A DNA stretch of 62,836 bases, filler included, from Choristocarpus tenellus KU-1152 (GCA_964200185.2; 11 parts of 11 records of this genome joined end to end with filler, not necessarily neighbours in it), one strand, 5' to 3'; positions 25,052 through 37,505 are shown, numbered from the whole stretch's first letter. Made by a program: numbers and translations. Notes: generated by a model not told the origin, from the sequence alone.

Positions 25052-25486
25052 TCATTACAAAACATTGCGTTCTTATCGTCACATAGATTAATGCAAGTTT
25101 GGCATGGACGACTGACCACTCTCACTCCTTCCTTGACCTCACTCCCTTCGACCAGAAACGGAAGAGTTCGAGGACGTTCTACTCGGTGTGAGTAGAAAGC
25201 ACAAGAAGCGCGACAGTTCCGGCGTAAGTACACTGCCGCCTTGTCCATATTTCAACGTTACACATCTCCGACAGTAACGGTTCAACAACTTCGCACCCAC
25301 ATCGAATTTAACCACCTAGACTTCAGAAGTCCGGTTCGTACATTTGTATCACACCATGTAATCTGGGGTATGGAAGTATCCCACATATCTCATCACATTC
25401 CCAGGTTCTACCCTAGTCACATTGCCCTCTCTTTCACGCACTGTACATATCCCCGACTAGGACAAGTTCGACTTTAGGGCAATGCA

Positions 25487-25697
25487 GAGTCAAAGTATCT
25501 TAGAGGGTAGGGCCGCGTCCATTCGGGGGCCGAAATCCAATGTTGCGATTTCCATGTAATTTTATCCGTCGTATTTGTTAGGAATTGTCAGTATCCTTGT
25601 TCCGGACACACCATTTCATAACATATACGTATTACCTACTCCGAAACATTTCGGAGTAGGAAAAATATATTTAATATATATCACAAAAACCCCATGG
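25487..25697 (-). mobile_element. MITE family A (truncated by contig end)
   Basis: GAGTCAAAGTATCTTAGAGGG plus internal palindrome CCTACTCCGAAACATTTCGGAGTAGG. Confidence 0.9.
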
Positions 25698-25797
25698 NNN
25701 NNNNNNNNNNNNNNNNNNNNNNNNNNNNNNNNNNNNNNNNNTTAATTAATTAANNNNNNNNNNNNNNNNNNNNNNNNNNNNNNNNNNNNNNNNNNNN
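25698..25797. other. Artificial contig-join linker
   Basis: N44-TTAATTAATTAA-N44. Confidence 0.98.
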
Positions 25798-28477
25798 TTA
25801 CGAAGGTGGCCTGGTAAATACGAGCGATACAGTAAGCCATTACGAAGGGAAAAATACGACATAGATGTCGTCGATTCCTTATCAGGCAGTGGGGCGACGT
25901 TGGGGGATTGCAAATACCTGAAATATAATCCGAACTCGGATTCCTGCTCCTTGCGCAATTGCTCTGGGTCCACTGAAGGAACACGGTAGTGGAACTAGTA
26001 AATAGTTCACGATCACTTTGGACGGGCGTTGCTTGGTCAAGGTTAGAAGCAGATAACTCATACTCCTTTTGAACACGTGGGGTAAATGCGCGACTACCTT
26101 CAGGCACATTACGACAGATTGGTGCCAGCATTGGAGCAACAAATTTCTCTTGTTCCTCAAACCTCAAAATACGAGATAGAGTGTCAGGTATAACATTGAG
26201 CTTACAGGGCTTGTGCTTGACTGTGAAATCGTACGCTTAAAGAGCAATAGCCCAACGGGTAAGCATGTTACTGGTATCCTGCATTCTATACAAGTAACAC
26301 AATGCGGCATAATCTGTGATGCAGGTGAAGTGCCTACCCCAAAGATACGGTCGCCAATGCGTGATGGCTGTAACGACTGCATAACACTCTCTTAATGTAG
26401 CTGAATAATGACGTTGAGCTTCAGTCAATTTCTTGCTGAAGTATGCAATGATACCTAGGTCTGCAGGATTATCGGATCGAGATTGTGCTAAAAACCCTCC
26501 AGCATCACTCTCACTGGCATCAACATGGATGATGAATTATTTTGTAAAGTCAGGGAACATGAGAACCGGGCAGCAGTGAGTAACTGTTTTACTTAGAAAA
26601 AATGCCACATCCTGGTCCAATCCCCATTCTTTATCCACTCTCTTATTAACACCTTTCTTAGTGAGAAGAACTAACGGTTCGATTACTGTGGCTAAGTTGG
26701 GTATGAATTTACGTACGAAATTTATCATACCTAGGACAGATCGAAGTTCTTTGATGGTGGTGGGTTGGTTATTCAGTGATTGCACGGACACGATCCTCAC
26801 CAATACGAATCCCTTCAGACGATAAAATGTGACCAAGGTAACGTACTTCTTTGGGTCCAAACTGGATCTTTGACGGTTTCAAAGTTAAACCCGCTGCTTG
26901 TAACGCTTTGAACTGCTGTTCTAGTAAGTGTATATGTCCTTCCCATGTGGGAGAACAAGCAATCAGATCATCCATGTAAACTAGCAACCCACTCAATGGA
27001 CCAAAATTGGCAAAGGCTAACGACATGATTCTTTGAAATTGCCAAGGAGCATTTGATATACCAAAGGGCATCCTCTTAAAAACGTATTTGCCTCTGGACG
27101 TGACAAAAGCGGTTTTATCAATGTCATCCTCAGCAACAGGAATCTGCCAATATGCACTCTGAATATCACAAACGGTGATAAATTTGGCACCCCCAACAGT
27201 ATCAATATGAGACTCTATATCAGGCATAGGCCAAGACTGTCGAACAAGGTGTTTGTTAACAGTTGACCTATAGTCTACACAGAATCGTGGGGAGCCATCA
27301 GATTTGACCACAATAGTAACAGGACTACCCCAAGGGCTGGCATGTTTTTCAATAATGCCTTGCTCTTCCATAGTATTAACACACGAGTCAATTACTTGTT
27401 GAGTACGGGGGTTTGCTCTGTAAGGGTTCCTGTCAACAGGTTTGGTACCAGGCTCTATAGGAATTTCTGCTTCAGCTAGGGTACATCTGCCTAGTTCTGC
27501 TGTATTCAACGAAAATACCGATCTATAACGAGCACAGAGGTCTAAAAGTTGAGACACTTGTGACTGATTAAACGTGGTATCTTTGAATGCATTTGACTTG
27601 GTGAAGGCTTGATGTAACTCCTCTCTAGCTTTACTGAACGGAGCAGAATCAGTATTTAGAGCCCTAACAGTAATTGGTACCTTATCTGAAATAGGGGTTA
27701 AGTGGCCTATCACAAGATGCTTCCTGATACGTACTTTCCTTGTTGTTGGATTTGCCATTTGGACCAATACTTAATTATTATTGGCTGACCAAATACTGAG
27801 AGTGCAAGCAGCTACGATACGATTCCATGGATGTGTAGGTTCAGAGGTTTGATCTACAGCAGGCATGGAGTGTATGACTGGCTCCACTACTACGGCAGTA
27901 TCCAATGACGGATTAGTATCAGTGGTGCAACGTACGACGATGATTTCATGACCAGCTGGTATGTTATTATACTGTTTATGTACACGAACAGGTACAGGGT
28001 CAAAATCATGTTGCACACTCGCCACAGAACACGAAGGAGGTGTACTTGTATCACGTACTTGAGTGGGGCTCCTTGTCATGTGATGTCTTGTTAAAATGGT
28101 ACACGAACTGTTGTGAAATGAAAGATGTTGTTCTTGCCAATCAAGGATTGCACCCAAGGCCTGCATAACACTAATATCAAGCAGAATTTTATCGGGACCA
28201 AGTTGGGGAATCACTAAAGCTTCAACTGGCAAAGTGGTGTCACCAAGTGTAAGTGCAAAACGAATAAATCCACGAATAAGCAAAGGTGAACCATTTGCTG
28301 CACGTAGATTTATTGCACCAGGTGGGACAGGATGCACATCAAAACGTTTCAGTTGAGGGTGATTGCGAACAAAATTTCAGAAATAAATGGTACATCACTG
28401 GCTGTGTCAATTGTCAAGTCATTTCCCTCTTGTTCTTCAACGGTGCCTGTTCGATTAGGCTCTTCCAACTCTATCGG
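25798..28477 (-). mobile_element. Ty3/Gypsy LTR retrotransposon pol fragment (protease-RT-RNase H), disrupted
   Basis: IDTASDV protease motif (~28410); SPWGSPVTIVVK.DGS.RFCVDYR, KTAF, MPFG..NAP, YMDD, YLGH in ORF 26769-27767; RNase H DAS...RECYA..WRPYL.G..F...TD; PR-RT-RH order; internal stops. Confidence 0.93.
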
Positions 28478-28577
28478 NNNNNNNNNNNNNNNNNNNNNNN
28501 NNNNNNNNNNNNNNNNNNNNNTTAATTAATTAANNNNNNNNNNNNNNNNNNNNNNNNNNNNNNNNNNNNNNNNNNNN
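28478..28577. other. Artificial contig-join linker
   Basis: N44-TTAATTAATTAA-N44. Confidence 0.98.
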
Positions 28578-28645
28578 AAGACATTTTTCGCAAAAAAACC
28601 ATCCTCATAGTCCCGCGCCTTCCTCAATTTTGAGATTCCCCTGTT
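28578..28645. repeat. Right end of a MITE family C-related element
   Basis: ccatcctcatagtcccgc..cctcaattttga...ctgtt, near-identical to 37442-37505 and similar to the TIR of 31524-31664. Confidence 0.7.
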
Positions 28646-28852
28646 TTGTGTTCTATCCATCCATTAATTGTCTGAGTGGAGGCGCCATTGGTGGACTGTG
28701 TATCGTATATATACTTCCAATTGAATACTCATGCTGATGGTGATGGTTTCTGGTAGAGGTAGTCGTTATACTTGTTGACTGAGTCTTCGTTGTTGTTATT
28801 GTGTCCGTCTCCCCCAGTTTTCCCTTCGTACAATTTCTTTCCTCAGTTATTT

Positions 28853-29014
28853 GGGTCAAAGTATCTGGGGGAGGGGTGGTGGTTTGTGAGGGGGCGTCCG
28901 TTTTGGTCAAACATCTCTTTTTTTTGCTGACATTTCAAATCCGACACGTGCGACCAAATCACACCAAAAAAGTGAAATACGGACGCCGACACCCCCCTCC
29001 AGATACTTTGACCC
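28853..29014. mobile_element. MITE family B (~160 bp)
   Basis: TIRs GGGTCAAAGTATCTGGGGG / CCCCCTCCAGATACTTTGACCC; flanks TTT/TTC. Confidence 0.9.
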
Positions 29015-29559
29015 TTCTGCAGGACAAACAATCAGTTGTTGGACTATGGTTCGATAACAGGATAATTGATAGGAACGTTTCTGTTGAATGGCCATGAGAA
29101 TATTATCCGTGTTATTATAGTACAACAAGAAGAATTCTAGAAAGGGAAGGTTGTAGCAAGTGACACAGAATGAGTGACGTGTTCTTAGGATACGAGTGAT
29201 TAGGTAAATGGCCCCCTTATCGGGCTTGGATGTTCACTCCTCCTTTCACCTTCCTTGCTTCATGAATAACCTTTCTTCTAATGATTTAATCAAGTCATAT
29301 ACATACACAAGTCTTGGGAACATCAATTCCTTTAACTAAGGCAGCTGCGGAGACTTTTCGATGCCACCAAATCCTTTGCTTTGAAGAGGTCGCAAAGCAG
29401 GTGGAGGTTGTCATCAATGAGGAAGTCAGGGAAGAAGAGGAGGTGAGACTGGGACTATTTGCACACTGGTGTTTTTTGTCTCCCACTTCTCGCAAGATGC
29501 CGTACATTATCTTTTGTTCCTGGGCTTAGGGTTGGACGTATAAAGTTGATTAAGGCTTT

Positions 29560-30430
29560 CTCCCTGCCTGCATTCATTCGAGAAATTTTGTGGGAAAGGA
29601 GACTGTTAGAACCCAGAAAAACGAAGGACGGGGGGAAGAGAGAGAAACATAAACCAAGCCAAAGCATGTTGCATGTGCTTGGAGAGCAGAGGGACTTCAA
29701 CGAGGTAGTTCCTAGTCTCCAGCTTCTTGTTAAGCGTTACGGAGGGGTATGCCTAGTGCTCCCAAAGTATCACTGTGAGCCCAACCCCATTATTGAGCTC
29801 GTGTGGGGTCGAGCAAAGCACTGGCTACGACAGCACTGTAACTATTCTTTGGATGGACTCCGAAAAAACGTTCGTTTGACCTTGAAACCACCTGAGGATA
29901 GGCAGGCTGTTTGACTCGTCCAGAAGTACTGGAAGAAGGCGTACATGTGCAATATAGGCTGGTAGTCTATATGGTTAATAGGTATTTAGTGACCGATACT
30001 AGACAACAGGAATGTTGACTAAGTGGAATAAGTGCCATTGACTTATTTATGTGTGTTTAGAGGAATAGGTTTGAATATCGGATGATTGATTTCTTACTAC
30101 TTCATATGATGGATTGATGGAAGATTCCTGACGTAGTACTAGTTTCATAAGACAAGTGATATAGTACGGCGAACAGCAGGACACAATTTGATATGTCTGC
30201 TGACGGGTGTGCAATAAGATAACAAGAGAGAGCACCCCCCGCCACCAACGGCTGTGCTCACTCCGTTTAATAAATACATCCATACAGCATAATGAAAAGA
30301 CTCCATTGGAATAGCTCTCTTTTGCAAAGTACACACACTCTTGTCTACTTCAAGACGGCTGTCACTGGACCGGAAGCCAACAAGGAGTACACGAGGTGCA
30401 AGTCTCATAGGCGCCCAGCACATTCGGAAT
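29560..30430 (+). pseudogene. IS630/Tc1/mariner-type DDE transposase C-terminal relic, split by a solo LTR
   Basis: VLGEQRDF...CLVLPKYHCEPNP.IELVWGRAK..LR..C.YS...L, then *LVQKYWKKAY; after the insertion it resumes with LVYFK....GPEANKEYTRCKSHRRP. Confidence 0.75.
29946..30328. mobile_element. Putative solo LTR (~380 bp)
   Basis: Starts TGTGCAA and ends TTGCAAA (TG..CA with one mismatch); 5-bp TSD GTACA on both sides; the first ~100 bp recur at 37244-37341. Confidence 0.75.
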
Positions 30431-30753
30431 TCCTGGTGGCAGATGGAGACAAGAGTTACATTTTACATTTAGGATTCTCCCTGGGTCGTTCGTTTTGCTG
30501 GCGTTTTTTCCTCCCTAACCAAGTCTACTTACATCAAAGGCAATAGTATATCTATTGCCACTCTTGGTGACCTACAATCCAAGGTTCGAACCCCAATATG
30601 AGCTCTCTTTCTTTAAGAAAAAACGGAAAAAAATCACGAAGCCCCCTACGCTGGAAGGCCTTCTGACGGACATCACAAATATGCATTTATGTTCTTAATC
30701 CGATGTCCACATCAAAAGTTATGATGGGACAACCCCAGAGGCATAAGCTATTT

Positions 30754-31015
30754 GAGTGAAAGTATCTTAGAGAGTACGAGTTTTGCCCTGTTTGTCCATT
30801 ATTTGGGGCTTGGCTTCCCTTGGGGTTTTTTATGACATTTTCCTAATCCAAAATATTTCGGAGCAGGTGAAATGTGTATGTTATGAAAAGGTATATCCGG
30901 AGCAAGGATATTGACACTTCTTAACAAACACAATAGCCAAAATGATATCAAAATTGCAATATTGGACTTTGCCCCCCAAATGGACGCAGGTCTACCCTCT
31001 AAGATACTTTGGCTC
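30754..31015 (+). mobile_element. MITE family A
   Basis: Both TIRs present; perfect 4-bp TSD ATTT/ATTT. Confidence 0.92.
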
Positions 31016-31523
31016 ATTTCACGTTTTATGAAGGGGAATCGTGTGAGGCTTACAACCTGTTGAAACCTAAAACGAATGCATCTTACATGTAAACAAAATG
31101 CGTAGACTACGAGCGATGAGGAATCATGGTGTTGCAAGACACCGATGAGTAATATGTGTAGTGTGTGCTGTGAATAGATGTGATTGTGCTGCAAAGCACC
31201 GATGTATTTATTCTATTGTAACTGAGGTCATTGATCTCTCAGTCAAGAATGGTATGATATTAATTCAGTATTCTTTGTTGCTCAATCCAGAATGATGTGA
31301 TGTGAATTCGGTGATCTTTCATGGGATACTTAACCAAAGAAGTCCATGCTCTGTGGAAAGGCTTGTTACCTTGGCTGGCAAGGGTTTCCGTGGATGGTTT
31401 TAACTCTGATTATATTACATCGAGGTGTGCGTTAGGTGCACTTGTTGCAGAGTGAGTTTGATGCATTATGTGGGATCAATCACAACCAAGAAAGAAATAA
31501 TAATCAACAATTAACTTACAACT

Positions 31524-31664
31524 AACAGCCGATTTCAAATTTGAGGATGGAGCTTTTCATTGGGGATGGGCTTGATCCAAAATTGACTGGGATAAAGTGT
31601 CGATATGTTTTTTTTTGTAATCCTTAATGAAAAGCTCCATCCTCAATTTTTGAAATCGGCTGTT
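31524..31664. mobile_element. MITE family C (141 bp, ~38-bp TIR, 6-bp direct flanks)
   Basis: AACAGCCGATTTCAAATTTGAGGATGGAGCTTTTCATT ... AATGAAAAGCTCCATCCTCAATTTTTGAAATCGGCTGTT; flanks ACAACT/ACAACT. Confidence 0.88.
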
Positions 31665-32168
31665 ACAACTGTCATCTTCTGCTGATAAGAAGAAGAAAGA
31701 GAAAAAGAAGAACAAAGAAGAGAACAAGAGAACAAACTTGAAGCAATATGTGATGCAACTCAAGTGACGCATACTATTCCTCTGTGTAGAATGCAAAGCG
31801 AATGTTCTGTACTGTGGTGTTCTGACAGTAATTGATGTGATGATAATGAACTAGTGATAGTGACGACCAGAGCGTTACAGACCAATCAACAGTCAGTGTT
31901 GACTGGTGGAACTGTATCGTATCAAGGAAGAACAGATGAGTAGCCTATGTTTGAACAGGTACCACTGTAGTTACTCGATAGAGAGGATCAACTGCGTGCC
32001 ACACTACAGTGTTGGCAGTCACCTACTGCATCAACTTTGTCATGCCATAACTATTATCAACAACATTTTTTTCTTGAAAATTCGTTTGTTGTAGCATGCT
32101 TAACCTTATTCGATGGGTCTCGGTTGGCCAACTTGCAGTAGTACGCGCGCACGGTTCGCAGGGGGGGG

Positions 32169-32268
32169 NNNNNNNNNNNNNNNNNNNNNNNNNNNNNNNN
32201 NNNNNNNNNNNNTTAATTAATTAANNNNNNNNNNNNNNNNNNNNNNNNNNNNNNNNNNNNNNNNNNNN
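32169..32268. other. Artificial contig-join linker
   Basis: N44-TTAATTAATTAA-N44. Confidence 0.98.
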
Positions 32269-32892
32269 GGGGTGAGGGTGGGTCTGTAGGGAATTAAGTG
32301 GTTCCGTGTTTGTGGCGGTGGGGGGGGGGGGGGGGAGGGGGGAGGTGGGCATATTGAATATTGTGGTATGTAATTTAACAACTTCCGTGCAGTATGCAAC
32401 AAGAGTGAAAAATGACAAAAGACAAGGAACTGGAGAATTGCCTTCAAGGGTGGAGGAAGGGGGGCAAGGGGACACAAAGGCAAATGATACTTTCTGGATA
32501 AAAATAGAGGAGGAAACGTAATAGTGTTCCCTAGTCAGATGAAAAGGCAGATGTCTACCTGGATTCAAGACTTAGGTTTCCACTCTAGGAAAGTATTGTT
32601 CCATACATTGAAGTTTACAATGGTGCCAGTAGGGGCATCCTTCATTTACGCATTATACTCCTATGATTGTTGCAACACTTTTCCCCAGCCCTAGTTAAAA
32701 ACCTTGGAAACCCAATCAGGTTCACATCCAGTTAGTCCCTCCTGGTACTACCAAATGGGCGTGTAACGTCTATCTATTGACCAGCCTCAGTGAGGGCTCA
32801 AATTACATTTCCCCCCATCCTCCTTCCTCTGTACACTGACTCCACCCTCATCAGCCTATCCTCCCTCCCACTCCCCACACAGAGTCACTGAC

Positions 32893-34117
32893 CTCCCCCG
32901 GAATGAGAATAATTCTTAGTCCAGTCAAGGAGCAGGCTGCCATCGATACCACAGGTAACAATGCTGGACTAAAACGGATCTCAAGGCAATTATCTGCCCC
33001 ATCCCTAGATATACCCCCATCCACTCCTGACCCTGCAGTCGCTGAACCTGAAACTACAGCTCCTGTTCCAGGTGTGGATCCAGGCTCGCCTCCCCCAGCT
33101 GCTACCTTGTCATTTATTAAGGCTTTGGCATCTTTCTTCGCAGCCTTCTTCTTCTCCTTCTGAAGCTCCTTTGGAAGGGGGATAAGTGGTGACAACTTGA
33201 TCAATGATAAGGGTATACCACAATAAGCTATGGGGATTGAGGGGGGAGTGGGCGGAGACGTAGACGAGCCAGCACGAACCTCAATTGTAGACGTATCATC
33301 AGAACGTTAGTGGTGGAATAGCATCCCACTAGGAGTAATGGCTAAAATCGGCATTTTATATCGCAATCAAGCTTCTGAACACACTCAAGATCAATGAAAA
33401 TGCTACAAAGATAGAGCAGGATAATATGGTCGCTTGACAAGAGGTACGCGAATGACCTGCTTCTAAACATGTTAGGCAGATTAAGTCAAACTAATTCTTC
33501 TCGCGTTCAAATCGGATGGGTTATGCGCTGCCTATCCCCTCCATTCTCGTGCCACCTCTAAGCCACCACAGGAGAAATAATTCCCTCATTGACTCTCATA
33601 TTCACCTTCTTGGACTTTTCCCCAGGTTCCTTCTTGGAAGGCTGCTGAGCTGGTCCCTTTGCTTTCTTCTCGGATTGTTTGGGGGGATCGAACGGCTTTC
33701 CTGCGACCTCCTCGTATTTGGCCTTAGCGGAAAGGAGTTCGTCCTATGGAATTCAACACAATGGTCAGAGTTCTTGGAAGAAGCCACGCTAACTTTGGAT
33801 TGTGCAGGGTGTCAAGGACCGTGTGTGTAATAGCGAAATATGCATGGAGATGACCAGAATTTTCACTGCAACACCTACTTGCATCAACCAATAGCTTTCT
33901 TTCTCCACCATTGATTCAAAGACACTCCCATAAACATCTTCCACCACTCGTAAGGCTAGTTGTGTGCAGAAGGTGAAGTTCACAATGGTAAGGGACGGCA
34001 TGCTGGACTCACAACGAGCGGCTTCAACGTGACTTTGTCAGCACCAGCTGCCTTTAGATCACGGATCTTGGAAGCCACACCTTCGACTGTGGCCTTGACC
34101 TCCTCGATGGTAACCAT
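32893..34117 (-). CDS. N-terminal exons of a WHEP-domain protein, probably an aminoacyl-tRNA synthetase (3' part off contig)
   Basis: GT-AG exons 34117-34013, 33743-33606 and 33168-32893 splice in frame to MVTIEEVKATVEGVASKIRDLKAAGADKVTLKPLV|DELLSAKAKYEEVAGKPF..., the WHEP consensus, followed by a Lys-rich linker. Confidence 0.8.
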
Positions 34118-34288
34118 CACTTCTTTACAAGGCAAACCTTCAGCAACTTGATACTACTGGTGGAGCAACGAACTGAACCGCAGTTTTATTAGATACTTCG
34201 GAGGCATTACAACATACAGGACAGATAAAAGGGAAAGAGGGTTGGAGAAGTGGGAAAGACTGGAGAGACAGGTGGAGAGTTCAGGCAG
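34118..34288. promoter_or_regulatory. Putative compact bidirectional promoter
   Basis: 171 bp separate the divergent ATGs at 34117 (-) and 34289 (+). Confidence 0.5.
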
Positions 34289-36194
34289 ATGGAGGCTAGA
34301 GCGACGGACAAGGAGGGATCAGGGAAACGAATACGCCGACCAACGACTTTTGCTGGCTTTCTCACCAATGATCGACAATTTGACAACCTTATCACGGGGA
34401 ATCGCGGTTCAAACAGCGGAACGCCAACCTCGGCAGGTCGTGCTGGAAATGGTGCTGAGCAAAACACCAAGCGTCCCCGACAGCCACGGGATCAGTACGG
34501 ATCTGGGACAGTAAGGAAGACACCAGGGGTTCAGAATGCCACACGGAAGATATTGGAGTGGCTGCAGATGGGAGACATGACCCTCTCTGATATAGCACCA
34601 AACTTGCCCAAGTTGTCTCGCGCCAGGGTGGAGGTGGTACTAGATACCCTGAGAGCATCTGGACTCATCCAGCTCGTGCGAAAGCATTCACCGGACCGGA
34701 AAGTGAGCACCACAGCCTTTGGTGTGCGGTATTTGTGATGTTGTTTGGGCTCGTAGGAAACAATAGACCGACTATCCCACGAGTTTGGGCTGACAGACGT
34801 GCGAGCCTCATGTAAACCACAAAGTACCTGAGGAGGTATATCCTTCTCTCAAAATAGATATTTCCGATCTTTGCACCCCAGTACCTACCCCAAATGTGCT
34901 CACTTTCAGTGGTTTCCTCGTTGAAAAAATAAGGGCTGCATAGCAAGGCCTGAATCAGTGCCTTCGTCCGTTCCACCACCCGCCCTCGATTCTCACGTTA
35001 TCATATGAAGGGAGTGGATACGATAATGGACGTGTACAGGTTTTCTGCTGGTTGTTCAGCGGGCAAGGCGTTGGAGATTGGTGGTGGGGTGCCTGTTGCC
35101 CTCGGTAGCATAGCCAAGCGGACAAGGACGACAGAGCAAGAGCTAGCAGCTTTGCAAGGACGAATAAACCTCCTTAAGGTGTTCTAGATCCTTGGTCAGG
35201 AGTGCAGCATTATTTTACATGTTATTACAATAGCGTGGATTTGCGGTGAAGGTGATTACATGTTGATTGCTCTCACTCAATGTGCTCAACTTACGCATAC
35301 TATACTTCGATCATGTGGCTATGTAGCCTTCAAATTTACAGGAAAGCGTGCGCATCACCTGTTGCCCATGTTCCTGCTGCATTTATAAGAAAGTGCCTTC
35401 ACAAAGAACCTTTTCCATTGAACCAATCTTATCAGTTGAAGGCTCAATTATTATTTTGCTGCCTTCCCCCCCTCCATGTTCATGATCCCTGTGAAACATG
35501 ATCATAGGATGCCAATGCAAAGGGACCTGATGGGCCTGAGTGTGCTCTGGAGCTCCTGCGGCACCTCATCAAGCAGGAAAGGAACCTAGAGGAGGACCCG
35601 TTTTACGCCATGGCCCTTGGGGCAACCGTTAAAGCAGCAGCTGCAAAAAGTGAGGTGGAGGCAGAGGCTAAGGCAGCTGCTGAGGCTGCCATGTTGGCTG
35701 CAGGAACCAAAGCTGAAATGGGCACAGAACCTATGGCACAGCGGACTAAGGAAGAGGGGGCGAAGGTGGTTGCACGAATGAATCAGGTGAAGGAGGAAGA
35801 GGGTGAGGGGGCAATGGCAGCACTAGGTAGTGAAGATGCGAAAATTGAGGTGAGAATGAGGTTGGAAACACGACCTGAAGCAGAGGTAATGGCTGCAGTG
35901 GTGGCAGCAGCAGAAGTGCAAGTGGCAGCTTCCGAGAAGGATCATCTCATTGGGGAGACAACTGAAAAACCATTGGCAGATGAGAAGGTGGTGGCAGGTA
36001 GTGCTGAGGGTGGATTATTGACAGAGGTGGTGAGTGAAAATTCAAGTGTGCTGACATCGATGGAGGAGGAAACAGGGGAGGGGGCGAAAGGCCACACAAA
36101 CACTGAGAGAGAAGAAAGTAAGACTGGTGGGGCAGGAAGTGCATGGGATGGGGGTCTGCAGGTAGAAGGGGGAAAGAGATTTCGAAAAGTCTAG
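34289..36194 (+). CDS. Unknown 3-exon protein with a putative winged-helix region, coiled coil and Ala/Glu-rich tail
   Basis: Exons 34289-34702, 35011-35178 and 35508-36194 (all GT-AG, phase 0) join in frame; TRKILEWLQMGDMTLSDIA..L..LSRARVEVVLDTLRASGLIQ resembles a wHTH. Confidence 0.7.
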
Positions 36195-37243
36195 AATGTC
36201 ACATAAGCAATCAATTTTGCGTTATGAGAAGCAACTTGGCAGCAGCTGAGCAATGAGGAGGCCTTGAAGCTAGTATTGCTGCATTGGAGGACTGTCTTGT
36301 CCACGAAGTTGTTGCCTGAATTTCTTTTTTTGAATTATTCATATATTGAATTGTTACAACCACTATAGATGTTTACACTATAGCTCTCTGGCGTAAGTGG
36401 GGTGTGCTGCACTTGGTGTATTGGCTCATGACCCAGTGATATTGAAATAAGTGAGATGCTTTTATGATACTGTTATACTCAATTTATTGACCTATGCCTG
36501 CACTACAAGAGTGTGTGTGTACCATGTGTTATCTATCCTTCTAGCAGCACTAATAGAAGCACAATACCCCAGTTTTGTGATACCCTCTCCTCTGCTGAAT
36601 GTCTATCATGCTTAAGAAAACCCATTAGCAGAAACCCAAATGTGCCTTACAGAGAGATGGTAAGAGGGAGAAAAAGAAAGTATCGATGTGGAGATCGATT
36701 AATGAGAAGGCAGTTTCTTAGTGAGCATGTCTACTCATGGCCAACTGTTTCCTTCTGAACTTATGATCCACATGGCGCATATTGCAATGAGGCTTCAATG
36801 CTTGCACTTGCTAGTATTGAAGGGGCAACCGCCATGGATATGTGTTTCTTGACAATAGTTTAACCTGTCCTAAACACAGCTTCCGTTGAATATTGTAACC
36901 TCCTTGAATTCAGTGTCTATTGATCTCCGTATCCTTTGGTGAATCTAGTATTGTAGTCGAAACCACCTTCTAAGTGAGGGGGACATAGAGACCAATATCT
37001 CTATATTTTAATAGTGGATCATGGAAAGATCCTGTTAATTGATATTTATAACGGTCAGATTTTGCCCCTTCCTTTTTCTTACCCTATCTCTAACTTCTAC
37101 CTGTATAGCCCAACAGTTTTTTAAGGTTGTTGGGGGGATAGTTGACCCTGGCGTGTGATACCTTCATTGTTACATTAGAATTTCCTGTCAATGAGTTTGA
37201 CGGTCAAAGTTACGCGCAGACTCCGCAGGCACATATTTAGACT

Positions 37244-37341
37244 TGTGCAATATAGGCTGATAGTCTATATGGTTTATACGTGTTTAGTGAACACTACTAG
37301 ACAACAGGAATGTTGGCTAAGTGGAACAAGTGTCATTGACT
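37244..37341. mobile_element. Start of an LTR of the same family as 29946-30328 (cut by contig end)
   Basis: tgtgcaatataggctg.tagtctatatggtt...actagacaacaggaatgttg.ctaagtggaa.aagtg.cattgact shared. Confidence 0.75.
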
Positions 37342-37441
37342 NNNNNNNNNNNNNNNNNNNNNNNNNNNNNNNNNNNNNNNNNNNNTTAATTAATTAANNN
37401 NNNNNNNNNNNNNNNNNNNNNNNNNNNNNNNNNNNNNNNNN
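37342..37441. other. Artificial contig-join linker
   Basis: N44-TTAATTAATTAA-N44. Confidence 0.98.
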
Positions 37442-37505
37442 CCGTTTTCGCAAAACAACCATCCTCATAGTCCCGCTCCATCCTCAATTTTGAAAATCCA
37501 CTGTT
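37442..37505. repeat. Right end of a MITE family C-related element
   Basis: Matches 28578-28645; ends aaatccactgtt. Confidence 0.7.

Noticed and set aside
30560-30610. tRNA or tRNA-derived SINE (GGTTCGAACCC T-loop-like)
   Set aside because: No acceptor stem, D-arm or A-box could be folded, and no second copy was seen.
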